A stretch of DNA of 44,612 nucleotides from a virus (Duplodnaviria > Heunggongvirae > Uroviricota > Caudoviricetes): positions 1 to 44,612 of IMG/VR virus record IMGVR_UViG_3300024303_000028; one strand, 5' to 3'. The notes beneath the pieces are model-generated. The model had not been told where the DNA came from, searched no databases, and saw only the letters and a list, made by a program, of their open reading frames with translations. The position numbers were made by a program, and so were the translations under genes. Positions 26,128 through 38,000 of the stretch are shown piece after piece. Every line of letters starts with the position of its first letter. The first letter of the stretch is position 1.

Positions 26128-29100
26128 ATGGCAGATACTTATGGCGTAAAGGTTAAACTGCAATATCAGACTAACAAGTCGGATCTTCGTGGTCAATTGC
26201 AGAGCCTGCTGGATGGCGCTACTCAGAATAGCCCATTGACCATAAAAAACTTTAAGGTTTCCTCGCCAGGATTGCGTAAAGCGCTCAATGCTGGTTTCAA
26301 AGAGGCTAATACTCCCCTTACTTTATCGAACATCAAGTTGAATTTGTCTGCAAATGCATTATCAGATTTACAAACTCAACTTGATTCAAAAGGCTTAACT
26401 CTGACGATCAAGGAGATTAAAGCCGATCAAGCAGTTAACAACCTTCGGACGCAGCTTGTCCGAATGTTAAGTGGTCTGCAGATCTCGGGCGTAAAGGATT
26501 TCTTAGGAGGCGCAGAGATCGCGGAGCAAGGAAAGGCGCTTGAAAGTTATGTAGGTAATTTAGAGCGTCTGAAAACTATGCGTTCTGCCATATCAAAGAG
26601 CGGAGCGCAACTCATGGCCTTTGGCAACAGCAATACTACCGCGGAACTTCAGAGAGCTCTTGTACTATATAGAGAGCTGAATGATCAGGTCAGCCGCGGT
26701 ATTGAGGCAAAGGGCAATTGGGATAACATCGATGGGTTGCAGGAAGAATTAAGAACACTAACTACTTTGATTGCAACTCATAAATCATACCTCGACTCTC
26801 TAAAGCAAGAAGCTACCACCCGTGAGAAGAATGCGGCTGCAGCTAATTCTGCGAACTTACGTGAGTTGCAGAAAATGGAAGCGGCTCTTGAGAAGATCAA
26901 TACAAAGGGTTTCAATCTGGATGTTGATCAGTCTAAAATTGACGTTTTAACAGAGAAGTACAATCGCCTATATGAAGCAATTCAGAAGGCTATGAATACG
27001 CCGGAGATGCGTAACAACGGACATTCCGTGCAAGAACTAAACGCCGGCGTCCGTGCATTAGAGCAGTATGTTAGCGGATTACAGGCTGAGGCAAATGCTA
27101 ACGCGGTTTCCCTCGCGACTGGTAGGCAGTTGATTACACTTCGTACACAAATCAACAATTGGTTACAGAAAAATACGAAGGCAACGCAAACTAACCGGAA
27201 ACAACTTCAGGACTGGGCAACAGAACTTTCGCTTGGTAATGTGAGCACACAAAGATACCAAGAGATTGCAAATGGTGTCAGGGAGATCGATCTCCAGACT
27301 CGCAAAGCCGGCTTATCTGGCAAAACCTTTTTTGAAACATTTAAGAGCGGATTAGAAAAATTCGGTGGCTGGTCACTTGTGACCCGATCGTTGACTTCAG
27401 TGTACAGTACGCTTAAGAAGATGGCATCGGCTGTCATTGAATTAGATAGCGCAATGACTGAACTACGTCGTGTCACTGACTTGTCTGAAGCCGGGTATAG
27501 CAGGTTTATGCAGACCGCAGTGACAACCGCAAAGACGGTTGGTGCGTCTGTAAAGGACACTATTAACGCGACAGCCGACTTCGCACGTCTTGGATATACG
27601 ATCGACGAATCGACACAACTTGCTACAGCTGCACTGACATACAAGAACATTGGCGACGGTATTGAGGATATCTCTGCGGCAACTGAATCTTTGATTTCAA
27701 CAATGAAGGCGTTCGGCATTGAAGCTTCTAGTTCAATGTATGTTGTAGATATGTTCAATGAGGTCGGTAATAAATTCGCGATCTCTTCGAAGGGTATCGG
27801 CGACGCGCTTCAGCGTTCCGCTTCGGCGTTAGCTGAAGGCGGTAATACGATTCAAGAGAGTATTGGATTGATTACCGCCGCAAATGAGGTCATTCAGGAT
27901 CCGGATGTTATTGGTACCGCAATGAAGACGCTTACCATGTATCTACGTGCTGCGAAAACCGCAGCCGAGGATGCTGGGATGTCCACAGATGGTATGGCTT
28001 CTTCTGTTTCAGAGCTTCGTAGCGAATTGTTACAATTAACAGGACAGCGCGTTGATATCATGATTGATGATACCACTTTTAAGAGTACGTATCAGATCAT
28101 GGAAGATTTGGCTGGAATATGGAAACAGTTGGACGATATTACACGCTCGAATATTTTGAATCTGATCGGCGGTAAGCGTAATGCCAACACTTTCTCTGCA
28201 TTGCTAAATAACTTCGATACCGCTGCAGAAGCCATGAAGACGGCCATGGGGGCGGCTGGATCTGCAACACGTGAAAACGAGGAATATCTAAAAAGCATTG
28301 AAGGACGCATTGTCTTGCTTAAAGCATCGTTCGAAGAGCTTGCTAACAGTGTCGTTAATAGTTCGTTGATTAAATGGTTTGTTGACATCATTCGTTATGT
28401 AACAGAATTCGCTACACTCTTGTCAGATATCGGCGTCTTGATCCCAACGCTGTTCACAGGTTTTAGTCTCAAGGGTGTTATTCAGCAACTGTCAACCGTC
28501 AAGTCCCAATTTACTGGTACAATTCAAGATATATTCTCCATGGCAGAGAATAAGGATGGATCGTATAATCTGGATAAGGTTATTAAGACCCTCACGGATT
28601 CAACGTCTTCATATACAGATATTCAAAAAGTTCAATTGGCGCAACTTCTACAGAATTCTGAAGCGTTCCAACAATTAACGGCGGAACAACAAAAACATGT
28701 GCTACAGCAGGTTGGACTAACAAGAGCAGTTTCTGCGTCAACTCAAGGTTTCAGGGCATTCGGTGTTAGCATAAAGCAAGCCTGGGCCGCCATGTCTTTG
28801 TTTGAAAAGGCAACGCTAATTATGGCGGTTATTTCGACAGTATATAATATTATTGCGTCTGTAATAAATGCAGTTGCGGAGTCTGAAGAGGAGGCGCGCG
28901 AAAAGGCTAGAAGCGCTGCAGATGCTGCACAGGATACTGTTAACCACGTTTCAGAATCTGTATCTAAATATTTAGATCTGAACGAAGCGCTCGCAAATGG
29001 CGAAATTACCACAGATAGTTATCAAAAATCTGTTTATGATTTAATATCTGCGTTGCGTCAACAGGGTGACACTGTAGATGGACTTATCGAAAAATACGGT

Positions 29101-32100
29101 GATCTACATGGTGCGATGTTGCTAAGTGCAAGAGATGCAATTAAGGCGAAGCTCCCAGATCTTTCTGGCGGCTTAAGCGCATCCAAGGATAAGCTAATTG
29201 ATTCTGGCGGTCACATAAATTCCAATTGGGGAGATCATACTGCCAATGGTTCGTTAGTTATCAATATAACCCATGGCTCTGGTAGAGATTCAAAAAAGAA
29301 TGGGATTAGCTATCAGGAAGTTGTTAGGGTTATTCGCGAAGCAGGATTGTCTGTTGGTCAACAGGTCTATCTCAAAGACAACTGGTATTCTGTGGCTCTT
29401 GAAGAACTTGACAATATCGAAGATATTATCGCGCGTAGAGATAAGTTACAAAACGCCATCAACTCACTTAGTGCTATTCAGGGGGTCAGTGATCTAGAGT
29501 TTTATAAGCAACTTACTGCAGAATATTCAGGACTAAACAGCTTAATTGATCAGTATATTGCTGACGTAAATGCGTGGAATGAAGCACTTGCAGGCGTTGC
29601 GTTGTATGAGTCCCTTTATGAAAACGGAATCCCTCAAACCCAAGCAGAGTTTGATGCATTACGGCAAACGCTAACCGCAACCCTCGTGTCAACTGGTCAA
29701 ATTGCATCTGTGTCGGGCGATATAGAGGCATCTGCTCAAAGCGCCATAGATGCTGTTTTGATGCAGGAGACGTGGGCGCAAAGCTTCGTCTCTACTCTTC
29801 TTGGAATTCCACCGACTACAAAGAAAGTCGTTTCAGAGCTTTCAAACACAATTTCCGTTTTACAAAAAGCAGCAGACATACTTACTTCCGCAAAGAATGA
29901 CATGGAGCACTATGGAGCTTTGTCTTCTGAGACCATCAACGATATGGCTAGTCAGCTAAAAGCGGGAGAAGACATTCTTGATTATCTGATAACGGAGAAT
30001 GGTGTTCTAAAGCTAAATGAGCAGGCATGGAAGGAACGTTCAAATGCGATTGCTACTGAATCTATTGCCGCATGGACAGAAGAGAAAGACGCCTTACAGG
30101 CCATCCTAGACGCCGCTAAAGATGGCTCTGAGTTCTCTTTGCCTGATGGATTCTCAGACTTAGGAGCCGTTCAATCCAGAGTTGATTTACTCAATTCAGT
30201 AATCACCTTAATTACCGGAATTGGCACCGAGGCATCCACTGCGTCCGGTGAGGTACGTACATTTGCAGATGCAATAAGCGGAGTTTCTGCAGCAGCAGAC
30301 TTATTGACAGATATCAAAAATGGAGAGGATGTTCTTAATCTAATTCGTCAAGCGATGCAATTGGCGGAGACACTAAATAACGGTTCAGACTGGACACAGT
30401 TCATTTCGTCTTTCGACTCTCAGTCTGGAATTGTTTGGAATACAGAAGCAATTAAAAATGCATCAGACGAACTTGTTACGTTGATAACTGAGAATTCTGC
30501 ATTAGCTACTCAATATCCTGGGTTGATTGAGTATGTTCAGAGTTTTGCAAAAGCTGCAGAGAATAGCGGTAATGCATCTGGAGATGCATCAAAGAACGTT
30601 CGTACATTTGCCGGTGCTCTTGGAGCGATCCGTGATGCTGCTAATCTTCTGACTGATATTGAGAGTGGTGAGGGCGATGTCCTCAGTATGATCGAGCAGG
30701 CTGTAAAGATGGCAGAGGCTCTGAACAACGGTCAAGATTGGACGCAATTCATTTCTTCCTTCACAGCAGATGGTGGTATCGTATGGAATACTTCTGCTAT
30801 CGAAGGTTATTCTGACGCTCTCCTTGATGCCGCTCTGAACGGAACTCAACTTGAAGCAACTTTCCCTGGCATTACTCAATGGCTGAAGGACTTTGCCGAA
30901 GCCGCTGATGGTGGAAGTGATCAAGTCCATTCTTTTGCAGATGCTCTTGGAGCGATCCGTGATGCCGCTAATCTTCTGACTGATATTGAGAGTGGTGAGG
31001 GCGATGTCCTCAGTATGATCGAGCAGGCTGTAAAGATGGCAGAGGCTCTGAACAACGGTCAAGATTGGACGCAGTTCATTTCTTCCTTCACAGCAGATGG
31101 TGGTATCGTATGGAATACTTCTGCTATCGAAGGTTATTCTGACGCTCTCCTTGATGCCGCTCTGAACGGAACTCAACTTGAAGCAACTTTCCCTGGCATT
31201 ACTCAATGGCTGAAGGACTTTGCCGAAGCCGCTGATGGTGGAAGTGGTAAGGTTCTTTCGTTCGCGGATGCTCTTGGTTCACTTTCTTCTTTCAATACTT
31301 TTTTCAACAACATACGTGGATCGAAGTCGGATTTGTCTATGCTTCAATCTGTTGTTGAACTTGTTGATTACATCAATACGAATGGCGGGCATGCAAATCT
31401 TTTAGACTTGTACTCTATAGGGGCAAATAACCAAATTGTCTGGAATATGGCGGCTGTAAAGAGCCTCGGCGATGAGTTATATGATCTTACGATTAACACT
31501 TCTGCTTTCCAAAATGCTACGGATAAAGATAAAGCAGCATTACGTGCTTGGATTTTTGAGATAACAAATGCTTCGTCTGGAGCTGAAAATCTCACAGAGG
31601 ATGTAAAAACTCTAGTAGATATATATAATAATCTCTCTCATGTAATACAAAATGTACCTTCAAGCGGAGATTTGGTCGAACTAACATATGATGCTTATAA
31701 TGAGTTAATGCAGATTGATTCACGTTATGCATCAGCTGTTCATTACCAGAATGGTGTGCTTACGCTTAACCGTGATACTTATGCAGCGGTAACGCAGGAA
31801 ATAATCAAAGCGACACAAGCACAAGCTTTGGCTGAAATGCAAACTGTATTAACAAGTAGTGAGTATGTTGATTTGACCAGTCGCATTGGCGAGCTTAATG
31901 AATCAGAACAACAACAACTAGATTCGCTAAATGCAGAAATTATGGGCTACTCCGTTTTGATCTCTGAATTGGAGAATGCGACTAGCGCATATCAGCGGTT
32001 CATTAACGCTTCAACTCAAACAGACAGCAGCAGATATTCAGCCGCCGAGAATGCTCGTAAGGTTATCGAAGATACACTAAACAATGCCGAAAGCGAAATC

Positions 32101-34986
32101 TTCGGCAAGATTGGTCGAGAACAGTATATTGCCGCTATTGATTTCTTGATTGATCCAGATATTGAAGTTGGAACCGACGAGTTCGATGCAGCACTTGCAA
32201 CAATTGACAGATACCTCGAAGAGGGTACGGCAGGTGTGCGAAACTTCTATAACGACTTGGTGCAACACGGCTTTATTGATAGCAATGGAATTCTGAACGC
32301 CAGCATGACAGATATGGCTGCAACGCTTGGTGTCAGCATGGAATTCCTGCGCTCTATGTTTGATGAGCTGAATATGTATCAAGACGAGGATCACAAGGTT
32401 AAGATCGAATGTGACACAGGTGAAGTTGAGTCTGAAGCCTTGTCGGCCGAAGAACAGCTTGTTGCGTTACAGGCCGCTGCGTCTAGTCTTAATGAAACCC
32501 TTGATGTAGATCATACCGTTGCAATCAATACAGACCCAGCCAATACAAGTCTTGGGAAGGTTTCAAATACCCTAACCGGGATTATTAACAAGCTTAACAG
32601 CCTTAGCGGACGTCGCGTGACGACATATGTTCACACCGTAACGACATCGTCAACTGGTGATACTGGCGCGTCTTCAGCGAGCGGCACAAAGAGTGCGGCT
32701 GGCGGTCGTACCCTCGTCGGCGAGCTTGGAATGGAAACTGTTGTTGATCCGAATACTGGAAGCTGGTATACGGTTGGGCGTGGTGGTGCGGAGTTTGTAG
32801 ACTTGCCGCGTGGAGCGATTGTGTTTAACGCTGACCAGACAAAGCGCTTGTTCCAGATGGGGCGTATTGGTAGCCGCGGGGAAGAACGCGGAAGGGCAAT
32901 GGTCGCTGGTGGGCTCCACAACCCGCCAAATCCATTCTTTGCAATGGCTGCGTTTGGAGCAGAAGCGGTCATTCCGTCAATCGTCACAGGTGTTGTAGAC
33001 GGCCTCTATGACCAAGCGAATGGCGCACCTACATTACCTCCCGCAACACCAGATAATAACAATGATGACTCCGGAGACCGCCGTCCAAGTCCTCCAGACC
33101 CATCAAAGAAAATCGACGAGATCTCAAAAACATTTGAAGAATTCAATAAGTATATGGAGCATCTGATCAGGCATCAGGAGCACTTATATGAAGTTGCTGA
33201 GAATGGTCTTGATTTCCCTGGAATGGAAGATTCGTTAACGGAGCAGGCACGCATTTATCGTGAGATGATGGCTGAGGCTCAACAAACCGTTCAAAAGATG
33301 GTTGCTGCGGGCGCTAAGGATACAGATGAGGCTTTACAAAAGGTCGAAGAATCCTACTGGTCGGCTTATTCAAGCCTGCATGATATTCTTGATCAGATAA
33401 ACGCACTATATGTTGATGCTCTAAATGATAAGATAGACGGCGTCCAGTCTGGATACGAAACGTTCTCAACGATGCTCGATGAAATGAGCAAGGATGGTAA
33501 AATTTCCGTAGATACATTCCAGGAGCTTGTTGCAAATGGGTTGGAGTATCTGAACTATCTGGAGCTTGTTGACGGTCAGTATGTCATCAATCAAGAAGCG
33601 CTTGAGAAGATGATTGCGTCCGAGAAGGAACAACTCGCTATTGAACAGGCGCTTGCTTATATCGCACAGATTCGTCAGGCGCTTAGCGATGATGACCCTG
33701 AAAAGGTCGCTAATCTGGTCAATCTTACAAATCAAATCAGCAATAATACGTGGGACTTAGTGTATGCCAATGCTGCGCTTCTGAAGACCATGGGCTTGAC
33801 AGACGATGAATACGCATCTGTTATTCATAACATTGACATGATGAAGAGCCTCACCAGTCAAGTTAATACAAGTCTTGATGACGGTTCTGCGGCATATGAG
33901 AGTCAGCAAGATGCACTTGATAAAATCCTTGACTATACGAAACAGTTGATTCAGTACGAGACAGAGGAAAAGATCAAGGCTATTGAGGATGAGATTGATG
34001 CGTATGAAGAACTGGTCAATCTGCGTAAGGAAGCGTTAAAGACTGCAAAGGATGAAGCAGATTATTCAGACGATATCGCTAATCGTACAAAAGAGATCGC
34101 TGCTCTTGAAGCACGCATTGCCCAACTTTCTTTAGATGATAGCAGAGATGCCCAGGCAGAACGAGCCGCACTCGAGGAAGAGTTGGCAAAATTGCAGGGG
34201 GATCTCGCCGATGTTCAGGGAGACCATGCATACGACGCTCAGGTTGCGGCCTTGGATAAAGACGCCGAAACATATCGTGAGAGCAGAGAAAAGGAGATCG
34301 CAGAACTCGAGGCATCAATTAGTTCTGAAGAAAAGTTATATCAAGCTGCGCTACAACGAATTGATGCCGGATGGGATACGTTATACGGTGAGTTGATTGC
34401 TTGGAATACTGAGGCCGGTAATTCTTTGAATAGCGATATTACGTCAAATTGGGATCTTGCGTTGGAGGCAGCAAAGAGATACGGCTCTTATGTAGATGCC
34501 ATCGTTGCGCATACAGGCAATCCTATGACAGTATCCTCCCTTGGCGTTGGAACACTACCCATCTATCATGATGGTGGCGTCGTGTCTGTCAATGGTATAA
34601 AGCGCAATGAAGTTGTAGCTGTCCTCGAAGACGGCGAGGAGGTTCTGACGAAGAAGCAACGCACAGGTTTGTATCGAATCGTCGATTTCGCAAAGGAACT
34701 CTCAAATCGTCTGGGCACGGCGATCAAGGAGATTGCGCTTCCATTTAGTCCGATGACACCAGCCTTAGCCGGTGTCGATGGAGTCCATGGTACAGTTGTA
34801 TCAAACCAGAATTCTATGAACTTCTCACCCGAGATTACTGTGCAAATCACTCATAATGGCGATATGTCTGATAGCGACGCACGTTCTTATGGTCGCCAAA
34901 TCGGCAATATCGCTATGAAGGAGATGCAAAACGCCTTCGAGCGCCGTGGTATAAGCGGTGTATTTGGAGGAAACTTGAGGCAATAA
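26128..34986 (+). CDS. Tail tape measure protein, TP901-type core (2952 aa)
   Basis: ELDSAMTELRRVTD...DTINATADFARLG core; long helical/coiled-coil repeats; GRTLVGELGME and YHDGG C-terminal motifs. Confidence 0.93.
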   Translation: MADTYGVKVKLQYQTNKSDLRGQLQSLLDGATQNSPLTIKNFKVSSPGLRKALNAGFKEANTPLTLSNIKLNLSANALSDLQTQLDSKGLTLTIKEIKADQAVNNLRTQLVRMLSGLQISGVKDFLGGAEIAEQGKALESYVGNLERLKTMRSAISKSGAQLMAFGNSNTTAELQRALVLYRELNDQVSRGIEAKGNWDNIDGLQEELRTLTTLIATHKSYLDSLKQEATTREKNAAAANSANLRELQKMEAALEKINTKGFNLDVDQSKIDVLTEKYNRLYEAIQKAMNTPEMRNNGHSVQELNAGVRALEQYVSGLQAEANANAVSLATGRQLITLRTQINNWLQKNTKATQTNRKQLQDWATELSLGNVSTQRYQEIANGVREIDLQTRKAGLSGKTFFETFKSGLEKFGGWSLVTRSLTSVYSTLKKMASAVIELDSAMTELRRVTDLSEAGYSRFMQTAVTTAKTVGASVKDTINATADFARLGYTIDESTQLATAALTYKNIGDGIEDISAATESLISTMKAFGIEASSSMYVVDMFNEVGNKFAISSKGIGDALQRSASALAEGGNTIQESIGLITAANEVIQDPDVIGTAMKTLTMYLRAAKTAAEDAGMSTDGMASSVSELRSELLQLTGQRVDIMIDDTTFKSTYQIMEDLAGIWKQLDDITRSNILNLIGGKRNANTFSALLNNFDTAAEAMKTAMGAAGSATRENEEYLKSIEGRIVLLKASFEELANSVVNSSLIKWFVDIIRYVTEFATLLSDIGVLIPTLFTGFSLKGVIQQLSTVKSQFTGTIQDIFSMAENKDGSYNLDKVIKTLTDSTSSYTDIQKVQLAQLLQNSEAFQQLTAEQQKHVLQQVGLTRAVSASTQGFRAFGVSIKQAWAAMSLFEKATLIMAVISTVYNIIASVINAVAESEEEAREKARSAADAAQDTVNHVSESVSKYLDLNEALANGEITTDSYQKSVYDLISALRQQGDTVDGLIEKYGDLHGAMLLSARDAIKAKLPDLSGGLSASKDKLIDSGGHINSNWGDHTANGSLVINITHGSGRDSKKNGISYQEVVRVIREAGLSVGQQVYLKDNWYSVALEELDNIEDIIARRDKLQNAINSLSAIQGVSDLEFYKQLTAEYSGLNSLIDQYIADVNAWNEALAGVALYESLYENGIPQTQAEFDALRQTLTATLVSTGQIASVSGDIEASAQSAIDAVLMQETWAQSFVSTLLGIPPTTKKVVSELSNTISVLQKAADILTSAKNDMEHYGALSSETINDMASQLKAGEDILDYLITENGVLKLNEQAWKERSNAIATESIAAWTEEKDALQAILDAAKDGSEFSLPDGFSDLGAVQSRVDLLNSVITLITGIGTEASTASGEVRTFADAISGVSAAADLLTDIKNGEDVLNLIRQAMQLAETLNNGSDWTQFISSFDSQSGIVWNTEAIKNASDELVTLITENSALATQYPGLIEYVQSFAKAAENSGNASGDASKNVRTFAGALGAIRDAANLLTDIESGEGDVLSMIEQAVKMAEALNNGQDWTQFISSFTADGGIVWNTSAIEGYSDALLDAALNGTQLEATFPGITQWLKDFAEAADGGSDQVHSFADALGAIRDAANLLTDIESGEGDVLSMIEQAVKMAEALNNGQDWTQFISSFTADGGIVWNTSAIEGYSDALLDAALNGTQLEATFPGITQWLKDFAEAADGGSGKVLSFADALGSLSSFNTFFNNIRGSKSDLSMLQSVVELVDYINTNGGHANLLDLYSIGANNQIVWNMAAVKSLGDELYDLTINTSAFQNATDKDKAALRAWIFEITNASSGAENLTEDVKTLVDIYNNLSHVIQNVPSSGDLVELTYDAYNELMQIDSRYASAVHYQNGVLTLNRDTYAAVTQEIIKATQAQALAEMQTVLTSSEYVDLTSRIGELNESEQQQLDSLNAEIMGYSVLISELENATSAYQRFINASTQTDSSRYSAAENARKVIEDTLNNAESEIFGKIGREQYIAAIDFLIDPDIEVGTDEFDAALATIDRYLEEGTAGVRNFYNDLVQHGFIDSNGILNASMTDMAATLGVSMEFLRSMFDELNMYQDEDHKVKIECDTGEVESEALSAEEQLVALQAAASSLNETLDVDHTVAINTDPANTSLGKVSNTLTGIINKLNSLSGRRVTTYVHTVTTSSTGDTGASSASGTKSAAGGRTLVGELGMETVVDPNTGSWYTVGRGGAEFVDLPRGAIVFNADQTKRLFQMGRIGSRGEERGRAMVAGGLHNPPNPFFAMAAFGAEAVIPSIVTGVVDGLYDQANGAPTLPPATPDNNNDDSGDRRPSPPDPSKKIDEISKTFEEFNKYMEHLIRHQEHLYEVAENGLDFPGMEDSLTEQARIYREMMAEAQQTVQKMVAAGAKDTDEALQKVEESYWSAYSSLHDILDQINALYVDALNDKIDGVQSGYETFSTMLDEMSKDGKISVDTFQELVANGLEYLNYLELVDGQYVINQEALEKMIASEKEQLAIEQALAYIAQIRQALSDDDPEKVANLVNLTNQISNNTWDLVYANAALLKTMGLTDDEYASVIHNIDMMKSLTSQVNTSLDDGSAAYESQQDALDKILDYTKQLIQYETEEKIKAIEDEIDAYEELVNLRKEALKTAKDEADYSDDIANRTKEIAALEARIAQLSLDDSRDAQAERAALEEELAKLQGDLADVQGDHAYDAQVAALDKDAETYRESREKEIAELEASISSEEKLYQAALQRIDAGWDTLYGELIAWNTEAGNSLNSDITSNWDLALEAAKRYGSYVDAIVAHTGNPMTVSSLGVGTLPIYHDGGVVSVNGIKRNEVVAVLEDGEEVLTKKQRTGLYRIVDFAKELSNRLGTAIKEIALPFSPMTPALAGVDGVHGTVVSNQNSMNFSPEITVQITHNGDMSDSDARSYGRQIGNIAMKEMQNAFERRGISGVFGGNLRQ
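30615..31246 (+). repeat. Near-perfect in-frame tandem duplication inside the TMP, period 327 bp (109 aa)
   Basis: 30615-30919 vs 30942-31246 differ at only two synonymous positions that I could find (GCT/GCC, CAA/CAG). Confidence 0.92.
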
Positions 34987-34990
34987 CCTA

Positions 34991-35020
34991 AAGGCCGGGC
35001 GTGCCAATACGCCCGGCCTT
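34991..35020. terminator. 12-bp perfect hairpin between TMP and Tal-like gene (weak U-tract)
   Basis: AAGGCCGGGCGT-gccaat-ACGCCCGGCCTT. Confidence 0.5.
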
Positions 35021-35045
35021 ATTCAAGGAAGGAGGTGACGCACAT

Positions 35046-38000
35046 TTGATTATTGATTTTTCCTTGCTCGATCCGAACGAGCGTCCATTGCTAATTCTGA
35101 GAAACGCATCTGATGTTCCAATGGGAGTTCTTTCAAACGTGATGCAGGTCACGCCAAACATCATGTACAATGAAATCTCTGAGCTAGATTTCGATATTCC
35201 TGCATATGCAGATGGTGTTGAAACACCAATGTACGATGAACTGGTTGGTATGCGCATCATTGAACTTCAGGGCATCGGGCAGTTCGTCCTGATGAATCCC
35301 AAGGAGTCTGGTGACGGCGTCACCAGAAAGAAGCAGTGTACAGCATACTCCTTGGAGTACGAGTTTACACGAAAGAAGATAACCGTACCAAAGGGCACAT
35401 ATAAGTTCTACGACGAAGACGACGCCGAGAACTCATTGCTAGGTATGCTAATGAATGATATGCCGTCATGGAAGATCGGCACTGTGCCAGCTTCTATTCG
35501 AGGGAAGTACCGCACATTTGAGGTAAACAACGAAAACCGATATAACTTCATGAAAGGCACTGCTCAGAAAACGTACGGGTGTATTTTTAACTTTGATACA
35601 TATACCCGCACAGTCTATATTGATGACGCAAGTCGTGAGCCCGAGACCACAGCAATATATCTCTCTAACAATAATCTTGCTTCAGAGATTAACGTGGAGG
35701 AGCTTACCGAAGATATTGTTACAAGGCTTGATGTGAATGGAGCCGAAGGTGTGTCAATTCGAGATGTGAATCCAAACGGCACAAATAAGATCATCAATTT
35801 GGATCACTTCATGACGCTAAAGAACTTCCAGCAGGAGTTGATTGATAAATACTTTGCTTGGAAGCAGATCAATGCGGATAATCGTCAGGCATTTTACAGC
35901 TTGTCAATCCGACATACCCTTGCTCTTGAACAGCGTGTTGCCGCAGAAGCCAGACTAACAGATCTGCGCGGCGAAATGACAAGCCTTGAAAATCTGCAGG
36001 CCGTTGCGATCCAGGCGATTTCGCAAGGACTAAAGACCCAGTCAGATCTTGATGAGATCAATGTGCAGATTACCGCAAAGCAGGCTGAGATTTCAGCACA
36101 GGAACAGCATATTCAGCTACTGCGAGACAATGCCGACGCGTTGCTATCCGAGCTACAAATGATTCGTGACGCTTGTAGCTTCGCCAAGTATTTCACACTT
36201 GATGAGCAGATTATGCTCGACCGATACATCAAGGATGATGAGATTTCAGACAGCAGCTTTGTGACTACATCAACATCGTATGTCCCTACCGCCAACTCTT
36301 CAGTTGCTGAAGCCATTGATTTGTCTGTATCTGGAGACACTATCACCAAGATAGAGTCCGCCGGAGGAAGCACAATTCTTGAAATCAAGGATGGCAAGCT
36401 TCACATCGCAGATCTATTAGATGCTTCCATCATTTCAGCGACGGCAGAGCACTATCCATCCGACAATACTTTTGTTGCGTCGTTTTATTTGAAGGACGCT
36501 TCTTATCATAGTGAAACATATCCACAAGCATGTCTCACGATAACAGGCTCTGCGGAGCAGATAAATGTAAGTGAGTCAGAGAAAGTTGTCGGGTCGACAG
36601 TTGCTAACGCAATGATCTACTTCTCTCTGAATGTGAGTGAGTACGAAAAGCGTAGTGTCGCGTGGGATCTTTATGAGTACGGAGAGGCGATGTTGGACAA
36701 GCTGTCGCGACCAGCATACGCATTCAGCGTGAAGAGCACAAACTTCCTTGTAAATGAGGACTACGACGCATTTCGTAAGGCACTTCGTTTGGGTGAACGC
36801 ATCTATTTAGAGTTGAAGGAAGACCACGTTATCGAACCTGTTTGCATCGGCGTAAGCTTCTGCTACGACGATCCGGATAGCTTAGAGCTACTTTTCAGCG
36901 ATAAGTTCGTATCCGGTGAGCGAGGTAATGGTCTGATTGACCTGCTCGAACAAAGCGTGTCAATGGGTAAGACGCTTAATGCAAGCCAGTACACTTACTC
37001 CCAATTTGAGGATTCAGGAGCCAGTTCTACAATCGCGGAGTTTATGACGTCCGCACTCGACGTAGCCAAAAATGCACTGTTCTCTTCTTCTGGCAACGCT
37101 GTGTCTTGGGATGGGACGGGTCTACGTCTCCGGAGATGGGTAGATGGATCTCAAACCGCATACAGTCCTGAACAAATGTGGCTTGTGAACAACAGCCTGC
37201 TGCTAACGGCAGATAATTGGCATACGGCGCAGATGGGTATCGGCAAGTTCTCAGACCCGAATCTGGGAGAATGCTGGGGCATAGTTGCTCCAACCATTGT
37301 CGGTACGATGTTAGCAGGCTCTAAGCTTGTGATTGAAAGCGAGAAGAAGGATGGCGGCACAGCAGTATTCCGCGTTGATTCAGAAGGTGCGCGTCTGTTC
37401 AATAGCAACTTTGCGATTTCCGACGCGAAGCGTTGCATTCTTCTCGACCCCGGCGTCGGTATGTTAATCGGTCCTCCGAATTCATACAGCAAGAACGAAG
37501 AAGGCGTATATACCGTTGATGCAGATCTTGTGAATTTCCATGTAGATGACGACGGCAATGTTTTCCTTCGTGGTACCATTACTGCCACTGACCTGAAGAT
37601 CGGTGATCAGATTGGCACTGATTCACAGGCTGGTCTTGTTACGATCTCCGCGGGAAGTATTTTGAATCTTTCAGCCGGCGATGCTGTCAACATTCAGGGT
37701 GATGGCGGAATCACGATGTCTGCAAAGGGCGGTATCACCCTACTTGCAGGACAACTTGCACTTGGATCGGATGCGAATAAGCTCACTTCAGACGGCGTCC
37801 TGTCCCTTGCTTCTGGCAACATCCTGCTTGATGGTCCGAACAATGCAGTCACAATTGGTAATGCTAATGGCACGGTGAATATCGGTACAGACGGAACTGG
37901 CTTAATTAACCTTGCAACCTATCAGGTTAAGAGCAGCACTGTATCAACTTCGTACACTTCTAAGTACTCTACCGGCGGAACAAAAGCAGACGCGGATATC

